A stretch of DNA of 64,000 nt, taken from the IMG/VR virus record IMGVR_UViG_3300018891_000001, positions 1 through 64,000 of that record; one strand, 5' to 3'. A model generated the notes under the pieces. The model ran no database searches, had not been told where the DNA came from, and saw only the letters and a program-made list of their open reading frames with translations. The position numbers and the translations under genes were made by a program. Positions 18,314 through 26,282 of the stretch are shown piece by piece (position 1 is the first letter of the stretch; every line of letters begins with the position of its first letter).

Positions 18314-18593
18314 ATAACCCCTCCTCATACACACTAAAGATAAAACGGTTTAACACATTACCTACAAGAACAAATAGATTCCCTTTTGAAAGTTTGTAAG
18401 TTGATAAATCGTTAGAATAAAAAAGTATTTTATAACCTTTCTTTACTAAAGAAGAAATCAACTCATACTTTATTTCTTCTCCAACTTCATCTAATAAAAC
18501 CTGATCTAAACACAATCCTACAAAAAGCTCCATATCTAGTTCACCCATCGCTGCCTTATCCTTCGCTTCCTGTAATGTTACGGATATACACAT
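18294..18593 (-). CDS. Hypothetical protein, 99 aa
   Basis: ORF track; GGAAAGGGG RBS. Confidence 0.7.
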   Translation of the reverse strand: MCISVTLQEAKDKAAMGELDMELFVGLCLDQVLLDEVGEEIKYELISSLVKKGYKILFYSNDLSTYKLSKGNLFVLVGNVLNRFIFSVYEEGLYDQKNV

Positions 18594-18778
18594 ATTACCT
18601 TTCCCCTTTCCCTATGTTTATAAATATAAGAAAGCAAAGTGAGGGAGTGGGAACGTGCTAACTCCCCCTCTAGGCATCCACATCAGCGCAAAGTAAACTG
18701 AGCAAAATTACCCCAAGTTTACAGAAAAATAAAAAGGCTTCTTTGGCACAAGGTACACCGCCAAAGCATTCCTTTTCT

Positions 18779-18952
18779 TTAGTGAGAAGCTGAGAAAGTA
18801 ATCAATATCATAGTTTGATTATCCTTAACAGCTACAACAGAATAGAGTTTACAACCTTTTTTATCGTGTCCTCTAAATACGCTATAAATATAACCTTTCA
18901 TTTCGCAGAACCCTAAGTATTCTCCTTGTTTTTTAATAGTCTCAAATGTCAT
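18779..18952 (-). CDS. Hypothetical protein, 57 aa
   Basis: AGGAGGT RBS, ATG 18952, TAA 18779; below the ORF-track cutoff. Confidence 0.6.
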   Translation of the reverse strand: MTFETIKKQGEYLGFCEMKGYIYSVFRGHDKKGCKLYSVVAVKDNQTMILITFSASH

Positions 18953-19029
18953 ATCTAAATACCTCCTAAATTATTCGTTTTTTATTCGATAAGTGTTTGA
19001 TTCCCCTCTAGGGGGGAGAAGTATATATT

Positions 19030-19086
19030 CTAAATAAACACGGACGTTTTCATTAAAATAAAAAGGAAATGTTCGTCAATAGACAT
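19030..19086 (-). CDS. 18-aa micropeptide MSIDEHFLFILMKTSVFI
   Basis: Strong SD AAAGGAGGT directly adjacent to ATG 19086 (unusually short spacing). Confidence 0.3.
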   Translation of the reverse strand: MSIDEHFLFILMKTSVFI

Positions 19087-19089
19087 ACC

Positions 19090-19496
19090 TCCTTTGTTTT
19101 TCCTGTGTATATCCCCCACAGGCAGGGTTGGCTTTGATTGAAGCATTCCACCTGCTTCTGCGTGTTGTGCATCACGCCTACCGGTACGTGGGGTGTCCAC
19201 TAACCACATCCATGGCAATACCGGTAATTAAGATGATCTAGGTTTTCCTACGACCTTCGACCTTTATACACTTACCTGTGTATCGGCACTCCTAACGGTG
19301 CCTTTGCCTAACGGTAGGGTGAGCTAGGCTGCAACCCATTTGTGCCACGCCCACAAATGGCCCTGTCGGGTTGGGAAGTTGCCTTATCACCCTCCTGCAC
19401 CTCTTCCTGCGGTGCAGTCGGGCTTGTCACTCCACTTAGAGACCCCTTTGCATACCCCCTAAGCTTCGTGACAAGGGCTATCACAGCCTAGCTCAC
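19090..19496. ncRNA. Candidate structured RNA (multi-stem, GC-rich)
   Basis: 13-bp stem 19319-19331/19484-19496 enclosing 9-, 8- and 7-bp stems; further hairpins at 19266-19302. Confidence 0.45.
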
Positions 19497-20131
19497 TAGG
19501 CCACGATAATGGAATAAGGAAGCACAAATCCAAAAGCTGTAACAAAGATGCCAAGATAAGAAAGACCTAAAAGAACAAACGGAAAGATAGCGACTGTAAC
19601 AAGAGAAGTAGTAGCCGCTACAACAAGCTGCTTCACACTTGGTTTCTTCTTTTTCTTCTTTGCTAATAAGTAAGAAACGGCTAAAGCAGCCAGAGAAATA
19701 CCAGCACCTACTGCTACCGCAGAAACAGTAGAAGCTGTGACTGCACCGGCTACAAGAACAGAACCGGAAGCAAAAGCAATGGTATCACCCTGAGATACAA
19801 AGAAATCCTTCAATTTCTTAGCAGCACGTTTAATTAAAGACCAAAGACTAGTAGATGACTCCTTTACTGCTTGTTTAAAGCCCTTTTCCTTTGCCTTATT
19901 AAGAGCTTCTTTAGCTTTCTCCTTTGCAACCTTTGTTGCCTTACCTGCTTTCTCTTTCACATTTTTCATAACCATTTCCCCTTTCTTGCTAATTGTGTTT
20001 ACAGTAGATTGATGGTTTTGGTGTTTAGAACAATAAAAAGCACCAGGTATCAATACTGGTGTGTCACATAAAGCGCATGTCACCCCCTTATTCTCCTTCT
20101 CATTTCCTACTTGGATGATGTTGTTTTGCAT
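19496..20131 (-). CDS. Membrane protein with N-terminal Cys/His cluster and Lys-rich helix
   Basis: ATG 20131 after AAGGAGG; CALC...CSKH; several C-terminal hydrophobic helices. Confidence 0.75.
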   Translation of the reverse strand: MQNNIIQVGNEKENKGVTCALCDTPVLIPGAFYCSKHQNHQSTVNTISKKGEMVMKNVKEKAGKATKVAKEKAKEALNKAKEKGFKQAVKESSTSLWSLIKRAAKKLKDFFVSQGDTIAFASGSVLVAGAVTASTVSAVAVGAGISLAALAVSYLLAKKKKKKPSVKQLVVAATTSLVTVAIFPFVLLGLSYLGIFVTAFGFVLPYSIIVA

Positions 20132-20162
20132 AATCCATTCCTCCTTTAGATTTTTAAAAATG

Positions 20163-20290
20163 TGTTGGTGGTGATGGTTGCTTGCGCCTCCGCTAATGCG
20201 GCAACCCCACGCCATTCAGCAGCCACGCCCTGCTCGGAGTGGGTGGGGCGACGAACGCCATCAGAGGCGCACAACCAACAACCACGTATC
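20163..20290. other. GC-rich multibranch fold-back at the strand switch
   Basis: TGCGCCTC 20183-20190 / GAGGCGCA 20264-20271; CCCCAC/GTGGGG; AGCAG/CTGCT; GGCG/CGCC stems. Confidence 0.55.
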
Positions 20291-20398
20291 CCTCGCAATT
20301 TTTTTTTAAAATTTTTCCCTATATAGGCGTTTCCCTAAGTTTGTGGGCCTGCCTCAAAATTTTTTTATCCAATTTTCTGCCTATTTAGTGTTTCCCTA

Positions 20399-20407
20399 TG
20401 TTATAAT
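20399..20407 (+). promoter_or_regulatory. Extended -10 promoter TGnTATAAT starting the right arm
   Basis: TG-T-TATAAT at 20399-20407, upstream of ATG 20441. Confidence 0.6.
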
Positions 20408-20414
20408 AGTTTCA

Positions 20415-20428
20415 TGTAATGCATTACA
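20415..20428. promoter_or_regulatory. Palindromic operator-like site TGTAATGCATTACA (perfect)
   Basis: 14-bp perfect palindrome just downstream of TATAAT; recurs elsewhere in the window. Confidence 0.65.
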
Positions 20429-20440
20429 ATAAAGGGAGAG

Positions 20441-20710
20441 ATGATTATGGCGGCAGAAACTATGGTTCAACGAATACTCAGAATGATTAATGAGGAATTG
20501 AAGTTCCTGTATGAAGAGATGAGGGATCTTGATCGTAGGTATATTGAATGTCAGAAGAAAGTACGTGAACTCAAAAAGACAAAGGAATTAATCGAAAAAG
20601 AACTGATGGGACAGACAAACACCCAAGCAATCGACAAGCCAACACCTCCCCCGATCCGCAGTATTACAGAAGAAATCAACTTCACAACAACTTACCCAAG
20701 CAATGAATAG
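20441..20710 (+). CDS. Coiled-coil hypothetical protein
   Basis: ORF track; AAAGGGAG RBS. Confidence 0.75.
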   Translation: MIMAAETMVQRILRMINEELKFLYEEMRDLDRRYIECQKKVRELKKTKELIEKELMGQTNTQAIDKPTPPPIRSITEEINFTTTYPSNE

Positions 20711-20729
20711 AAAAGGAGGATAACCTTTC

Positions 20730-21068
20730 ATGTCTGAAACAAAAAAGCATTTATTGTATGAAAAAGTACTTCCAATTGTAAACGAGTGTGAGTTTTTGCA
20801 ATTAAAGCCAGAAGATGTTGCGGTAGTTGCTGTCATTAGAGAGTTCGTGAAATCATATCAAAGCGAACAATACCTGCAGCGGGAGATTAAAAAGCTAAAT
20901 CAAAGAAAGCAAAAAATGGAGATAGAGGTTCTTGAAGAACTAGAAAACCAACAAGAACTATTAATGGTTTTAGAGAAAATCTCAAATCCTGAGCAACTAA
21001 AACGATTAAGGAAGCAGGCCGAGGAATTTCGGGTTATTAGTGAAAATAAAGAGGAAAAGGAGAAGTAG
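20730..21068 (+). CDS. Coiled-coil hypothetical protein
   Basis: ORF track; AAAGGAGG RBS. Confidence 0.75.
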   Translation: MSETKKHLLYEKVLPIVNECEFLQLKPEDVAVVAVIREFVKSYQSEQYLQREIKKLNQRKQKMEIEVLEELENQQELLMVLEKISNPEQLKRLRKQAEEFRVISENKEEKEK

Positions 21069-21070
21069 GT

Positions 21071-21442
21071 ATGAGTGCAGTATATGCAAATGAACAGATA
21101 GCAACACCACTAGATATGTGGAGTGCTATCTCTCATCGATATTCGGATTTTACAGAGGAAAAGGTAATTGAAGAATGTCGCATATGTTTAGATATTCAAG
21201 AAGGTCAAGAGTCGTTTGTAGAGTTATCTTACTACGAACTAACAAATCCAGAAGTGATTTATGACGAGGAGCCAAAAATCAAACGATTCCGCTTACAACC
21301 TCATGAGGTCCAGGAAATGTTTAGAGAAATAAAAGAAATTATAGAGTTGCCATCTTGTGTATATAAGTTGTATACGGAGTTAAATTCTCATCGAATACCT
21401 GTCTTCCGAATCGAAATGACTCCTATTCTCAAAAGTGTATAG
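21071..21442 (+). CDS. Hypothetical protein, 123 aa
   Basis: ORF track; tightly coupled to the upstream gene. Confidence 0.75.
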   Translation: MSAVYANEQIATPLDMWSAISHRYSDFTEEKVIEECRICLDIQEGQESFVELSYYELTNPEVIYDEEPKIKRFRLQPHEVQEMFREIKEIIELPSCVYKLYTELNSHRIPVFRIEMTPILKSV

Positions 21443-21681
21443 TTCATTGATTTAAACAAACTTGAGGAACAACCTTAGTAAAACATAGGGAAAAACCTTA
21501 CGAAAAAATTTTCGGTCGGGCTTCGCCCAATTATTAGGGTTTGGGCATTAAGGGGGAGAATCAATGACCTATTTTGCAATACACCGCAGAATGCTCATTG
21601 AACGGTTTATTCGAGCGGAATTGTACTCTCGTATCAATCGGGAAATCTTGATGAAATGCCAAAAGAAGGGGAGTAGACAAA

Positions 21682-22344
21682 GTGGAACTCATAGCACAGT
21701 ATATCGAAATTGATGAACCCAGAAGAGTAGATTTGCGGTTTTTAGATGTTCCTCCGATGTGGAGAGCCTTTCATGAAAGTACAGAACATAAAATCAGTAT
21801 ATTTGCAGGAAGGCAAATGGGGAAAACATATAACTTAGCTTTACGGGCTGTTCGCTCTATGTATGATTGTGTCGTGTATGTGCGTGATCATTATATGGTA
21901 AAGAGTATGGCCAACTTGATTGCTGATCTCAGTCCAGAATCTCCTGTCATAAGGATGTGTTCGAATTATGCTAGTGTTATATTGGGTACCGGGAGACACA
22001 TTGACATTTATGCCTTTTCTGCACCTAACATCCGTGGAAAACGATTTATGATGAAAGAAGTTTTGATAGATGAGTTCGATTGCGAAAGGTTTGAAATATT
22101 GTTAGAAAGAGTAAAGTTTGAGCTCGATCGTGCGATACATGTAGTATGTGTAGGAACTCCAAGTATAAGTCCTGACACACCGGGAAAACGATGGTTTAAG
22201 GAATCAGGAACAAAATATTATATTGATATGATTCATGTTCCAGAAGATATGGAGCAATGGGCACATGTATATGAATATCGTCCGAGTGCTCTCCAGAATG
22301 TTATTGATCGTCTTCCACCATTAGAGTATGATTATTCTTTTTAA
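21682..22344 (+). CDS. Stand-alone terminase-like ATPase domain
   Basis: AGRQMGKT (Walker A), VLIDE (Walker B) and VGTP (coupling motif); no nuclease domain. Confidence 0.65.
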   Translation: MELIAQYIEIDEPRRVDLRFLDVPPMWRAFHESTEHKISIFAGRQMGKTYNLALRAVRSMYDCVVYVRDHYMVKSMANLIADLSPESPVIRMCSNYASVILGTGRHIDIYAFSAPNIRGKRFMMKEVLIDEFDCERFEILLERVKFELDRAIHVVCVGTPSISPDTPGKRWFKESGTKYYIDMIHVPEDMEQWAHVYEYRPSALQNVIDRLPPLEYDYSF

Positions 22345-22361
22345 TTTTTTCTATAAAACTA

Positions 22362-22390
22362 TTGAAATGCATTACAAGAAATAGTATATT
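22362..22390 (+). promoter_or_regulatory. SigmaA-type promoter of the ncRNA island, overlapped by an operator variant
   Basis: TTGAAA-17-TATATT; TGAAATGCATTACA at 22363-22376. Confidence 0.6.
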
Positions 22391-22393
22391 ATA

Positions 22394-22488
22394 GATGGGT
22401 GGTTTATTCCGATTACGGCACATGGATATGTGCTTCTCCTCTCCCAATTGTCTGGCGGTTATCGCCGTTTCCGGAGGGCCCACTCATC
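22394..22488 (+). ncRNA. Candidate small structured RNA
   Basis: Begins near the predicted +1; closing stem GATGGGTGG/CCACTCATC; internal hairpins GCACAT/ATGTGC and GGCG/CGCC; C/U-rich linker. Confidence 0.4.
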
Positions 22489-22736
22489 AACCACATCCTC
22501 TTTAATTATATATTTTTGGAGTGGGCCTACTTAAATCTGATACATGGGTAGATCATGAATTGTAGCGGTAAGACACTCCTGCTTAGGAGACACCAGACAG
22601 GTGGCAAACATCATACATGAAAGGCTTTTCTTGTTTGAGCCTTATCAAGCAAGTGGTGAGCCATTTGAAATAACCCTTTCATATTTATAGCCATGAAGGA
22701 ACACACTCCAGTAACCCACGGGTCTGGAGTCCCCAT

Positions 22737-22811
22737 TGCCTAGTAGCTCAGTGGTAGAGCAATCGGCTGTTAACCGATCGGTCGCAGGTTCGAATCCTGC
22801 CTAGGCAGCCA
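22737..22811 (+). tRNA. tRNA-Asn (GTT)
   Basis: Acceptor stem TGCCTAG/CTAGGCA; anticodon stem ATCGG/CCGAT with loop CT-GTT-AA; T arm GCAGG-TTCGAAT-CCTGC; encoded CCA. Confidence 0.97.
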
Positions 22812-22831
22812 ACCTCTATTCTAAAAGATTG

Positions 22832-23333
22832 AAATAAATTATACAGTGGCTGAATAATGGATTGGCAGTCCATAAGGCAGTCATGATGCCTGGGATGAGA
22901 AACAGTTGTCTGAGATGGCAGAGATCATCCTTTGAGACTTGATGAAGTCGAATGGTATGTAGGTGTTCCATTTATATAAGAAGCTTAATGCACTCTAGCT
23001 GGCCGGCGTGATAGGGGAGGATAAAGAGTGGTTAATACGTAATCCCACGCCCCAACGGTAAAGCGTTATCGTGGTTGATGTGTTGAAAGGCACTATAAGG
23101 CACGCTAGAGGTGCTGTCGCATAAAACCACGAACTCGATGGACTAGTATACAGTATGTGACATTTGAATCTAATCCACGCCATGTGACAGTTATGGGTAA
23201 TCAATCCCATCCAAGATAACGAGGTAATGTGGAGTAGGAGTAGCTAACCTACAAGAGCATTATTCTCCTTGGTGGCAGAAAGAAGTGCTTATATAAATGG
23301 TTGGAGGTGGAATCCTCCTTGTATAATTTATTT
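22832..23333 (+). ncRNA. Large ornate ncRNA, ROOL-like
   Basis: 15-bp closing stem 22832-22846/23319-23333; perfect 13-bp long-range stem 22968-22980/23288-23300; 8-bp stem 23069-23076/23125-23132; many hairpins; no credible ORF; next to a tRNA. Confidence 0.7.
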
Positions 23334-23610
23334 GAGTCTTTTAGTAAGAGGCTCAAGTGTTTTGATACTATGGGTTGTAAAGCCCACCACCTTTCTTTTT
23401 TGTATATAAGTCAACAACTCCTTTCGACATGGCAGGATTTTTTCCTCATTATTAAGGTATTATGAGTGAGGTTTTTGCCTGCCACACCATATTAATAGTT
23501 ACACCAATTTAGGTGTTAACTATAGATTCATACCTTGTACGACGCATTAATAATACCTCCGGGGCATATAAGAGGGAGATTTTTACTGTTGGTCTGCACA
23601 GGTTTTTGCT

Positions 23611-23793
23611 CCCCGCCCTAAAGGGCATTCGAGGTTTTTATGACATCTCCTTTTTCCCTTGAGTGCCTTTTAGGGTGTGGGGTATATGCTCAATCCCAAC
23701 TGCCCACCTCTAGGTATTGTTGTGTCTTACGAGTAACTTGTGCCAATTTGAATGGGAAAAAGCACTAGAACGTGTATAGATTCTAGTGCTTTT
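23611..23793 (+). ncRNA. Candidate sRNA ending in an intrinsic terminator
   Basis: 14-bp stem 23621-23634/23657-23670 with three G-U pairs (fixes + strand); terminator 23758-23793 plus U-run. Confidence 0.45.
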
Positions 23794-23883
23794 TCTTTTT
23801 TTATTTTTTAGATTTATTAATTTTATATTTTAATAATTTATTTTTTAAGTTTTTATTTTTTCTTGTAATGCTCGTCTATAGTA

Positions 23884-23912
23884 TTGAAAACCTAGGGAAA
23901 CTGTGGTAATAT
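23884..23912 (+). promoter_or_regulatory. SigmaA promoter of the parM operon
   Basis: TTGAAA-17-TAATAT with TG extension. Confidence 0.7.
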
Positions 23913-23922
23913 TATCATCAGT

Positions 23923-23955
23923 TAGACATATTAGACAAATTAGACAGGATAGACA
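23923..23955 (+). repeat. parC-like iterons: 4 x TAGACA at exact 9-bp period
   Basis: TAGACA at 23923, 23932, 23941 and 23950, between promoter and RBS. Confidence 0.7.
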
Positions 23956-23974
23956 AAAAATGGAGGTATGATAA

Positions 23975-25162
23975 ATGATGCAAACTGAATATCGTGCTAA
24001 GCCAGGAAAAGCTTCCAAGAAGCAAGTAGAATCGATGCCTTTGTTGGTATCTATTGATGTAGGTTTTGGTGAATTGAAACGGTTATCCAATATCTTTCCG
24101 CACCCAGTAGCGATTCCAAGTGCAGTGGTTCCTGGGGCAAAACCAGCATCTAGTCGTTTATTTGAGCTTCAAACGATTGATGATGATAGTTTGATTGTCA
24201 CAACAGAAGATGGAACATTCTTTGTTGGAAAGCAAGCCATGCATGTGCCAACAAGCGGAAGTAAGCGTACACAGGTGCGTGATCGTGCAAATGACATGAT
24301 GAGTCGTGTACTATTCCAAACAGGCATTGCGTTAAGTGTTCCACATGAAGATGGAGAGTACAAGGTATTTGTTGTAACAGGGCTACCAAATGATGATTAC
24401 GATTTATCCGTGAAAAAGAATCTAGAAGAATTCTTGCATCGCTCTTTTGTTGTGCAATTCCATCTTAGTGAAACACGCACGATTACAAAAACCATTCATG
24501 TGGTTGGAGTTGAAATTTTACGTCAGCCGGAAGGTTCGGTGACTTATAATCAGTTTGATTTTGATGTAGAACGCTTCCTAGTTCCAAGTCCAAATGCTCG
24601 TCGCACATTAGGTATTATTGATTTTGGTCATTTTACGACAGATTACGCTTTATTCCGTGATGGTATTTTGATTGAAGATGCAACCATCAATGGGTCTGCT
24701 GTAGGAGTGACGGAGGTTTATAATAAGCTGCGTCGTCGTCTTATTGTAAAATTTGATGAAATGGGATATGAATACCGTCCAACGGATGAAGATTTGGATA
24801 TGGCGGTGCGTACGCATAAGATTCATTATATGAATCAGGAGTTTGATGTATCTAAGGAAGTCCAAGAAAGTGCTAAAGAAGTGGCAGCCATTATTGCAAA
24901 AGAAGTATTGGATGCATGGGGGAACGAGACAAATCGATTGGAATCTATTATCGTTTCCGGTGGCGGCTCTCACGTCTTTTCGAATTACTTGTTAGAGGAG
25001 TTTAAGATTCGTAAAAAACAAGGTTTCCATGTGATTGATGCACCACAATTTAGTAATGTCATTGGATTCTATATGTACGGTTGCATTGCGTTATCTGATG
25101 AATATTCATCTGAAGCACTCTTTAGTGAATATATTAATCCAGTATTTGTGGAGGCTTTATAA
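23975..25162 (+). CDS. parM: ParM/StbA-family actin-like partition ATPase
   Basis: Phosphate-1 IDVGFG, phosphate-2 IIDFGHFTTD, adenosine motif VSGGGS; QPEG motif. Confidence 0.88.
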   Translation: MMQTEYRAKPGKASKKQVESMPLLVSIDVGFGELKRLSNIFPHPVAIPSAVVPGAKPASSRLFELQTIDDDSLIVTTEDGTFFVGKQAMHVPTSGSKRTQVRDRANDMMSRVLFQTGIALSVPHEDGEYKVFVVTGLPNDDYDLSVKKNLEEFLHRSFVVQFHLSETRTITKTIHVVGVEILRQPEGSVTYNQFDFDVERFLVPSPNARRTLGIIDFGHFTTDYALFRDGILIEDATINGSAVGVTEVYNKLRRRLIVKFDEMGYEYRPTDEDLDMAVRTHKIHYMNQEFDVSKEVQESAKEVAAIIAKEVLDAWGNETNRLESIIVSGGGSHVFSNYLLEEFKIRKKQGFHVIDAPQFSNVIGFYMYGCIALSDEYSSEALFSEYINPVFVEAL

Positions 25163-25350
25163 TGGCAAAGGATAGATTATACGCTCGAATTCGGGAAGAC
25201 GACGTAATCATTCGAGAGCATTTTGCCAATATTAAGCCGAGTGACCATCCATATGAAATTAGAAGATTATTAGAAAAAGCGATACTGATTGAAAGAAAAG
25301 AGAAGGAAATACTTGAAAAAGTGGAAATTCGCATAGGGCAGGACTCATAA
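25162..25350 (+). CDS. Putative ParR-like DNA-binding adaptor
   Basis: 62 aa, translationally coupled (TAATG) to parM; beta-strand/helix/helix (RHH-like) pattern. Confidence 0.55.
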   Translation: MAKDRLYARIREDDVIIREHFANIKPSDHPYEIRRLLEKAILIERKEKEILEKVEIRIGQDS

Positions 25351-25368
25351 TCGGGTCCTGCCTTTTTG
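25337..25368 (+). terminator. Terminator of the par operon
   Basis: GGCAGGAC/GTCCTGCC stem followed by TTTTT. Confidence 0.8.
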
Positions 25369-25518
25369 TATGAGCGGACACCCAATTACAGAAAAAATTC
25401 AAGACCTAGTAAAATAATGGTTAAGGAGATACTGCACCACCTCATATAGCACCGATGGGGATTAGGAGGATTGAGATGGGTATCTCCTTTTTGTGTACAC
25501 AAAAGGGAGGAACAAACG

Positions 25519-26268
25519 ATGAGTAAAACAGGACCAAAAACGGAGGCAGGATTGCAAGCTGTTTCAGAACACGCCCGTAATCTGGATCACTCTGCATGGA
25601 CTCAAAATCCAGAAGCCGTTCAAGCTATTGAGATAGCTAAACGATTACGCCAAACCAAACATGGCATGTATGCTGCGGTGCCGATTATTTGTAAAGCGGA
25701 AGCTTGCCCGTATGCAGAAGCATGTGAATTGCAGCAAATGGGGCTTGCTCCATACGGAGAAAAATGTCCAATGGAGATTGCGGCTATTGAGGATTTATTT
25801 CAGCGATATTGTCATGATATGAAAATTGATCCGACAGACCCCGCTCAACAAGTAGACGCTATTATGGTCAAAGAAGTCGTAGACTTAGATATTGCCATGC
25901 TTCGATGTGATAAAAAAATTGCCATTAGTGCAGATTATATTATTGAGAACGTAGTCGGAGTTAACGAGGATGGAGAGGCCATTACTCGTCAAGAATTGCA
26001 TCCGTTAACAGAGTATAAAGAAAAGCTACGAGCCCAAAAGTATAAAACATTGAGTTTATTGAACTCTACACGAAAAGATAAACAAGGTTCTAAAGTGCAT
26101 GTGGTTCTTGACCCATCCGAACGAGCAGCTCAATTGATTAAATTGAAAGAGGACATGAAGCTGATTGAACAACAAGAGGAAGATGCGGAAAAAGCGTATT
26201 ATGAAAAAATGCGTCGTTTACAAAAGACTGTGATTGATGTCGAACCGATTATCGAAGATGCGGAATAA
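25519..26268 (+). CDS. Putative terminase small subunit
   Basis: TGPKTEAG...KHG N-terminal motif, Cys cluster (C..EACP...C...CP), C-terminal coiled coil; first gene of the packaging operon; position-based inference. Confidence 0.45.
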   Translation: MSKTGPKTEAGLQAVSEHARNLDHSAWTQNPEAVQAIEIAKRLRQTKHGMYAAVPIICKAEACPYAEACELQQMGLAPYGEKCPMEIAAIEDLFQRYCHDMKIDPTDPAQQVDAIMVKEVVDLDIAMLRCDKKIAISADYIIENVVGVNEDGEAITRQELHPLTEYKEKLRAQKYKTLSLLNSTRKDKQGSKVHVVLDPSERAAQLIKLKEDMKLIEQQEEDAEKAYYEKMRRLQKTVIDVEPIIEDAE

Positions 26269-26282
26269 AAAGGAGGGATAGT

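Noticed and set aside
22555-22615. Second tRNA (CTTAGGA resembles a Leu anticodon loop)
   Set aside because: No acceptor stem, T-loop or properly sized anticodon arm can be drawn
22737-22811. tRNA as a prophage attachment site
   Set aside because: No duplicated tRNA 3' end and no integrase were noticed; phage genes lie on both sides
18607-23900. Recurring TTTCCCTA / TAGGGAAA octamer (near 18607, 20313, 20331, 20391, 21487, 23893)
   Set aside because: Short, mixed orientation and partly explained by RBS sequences; cannot be separated from chance without a statistical test
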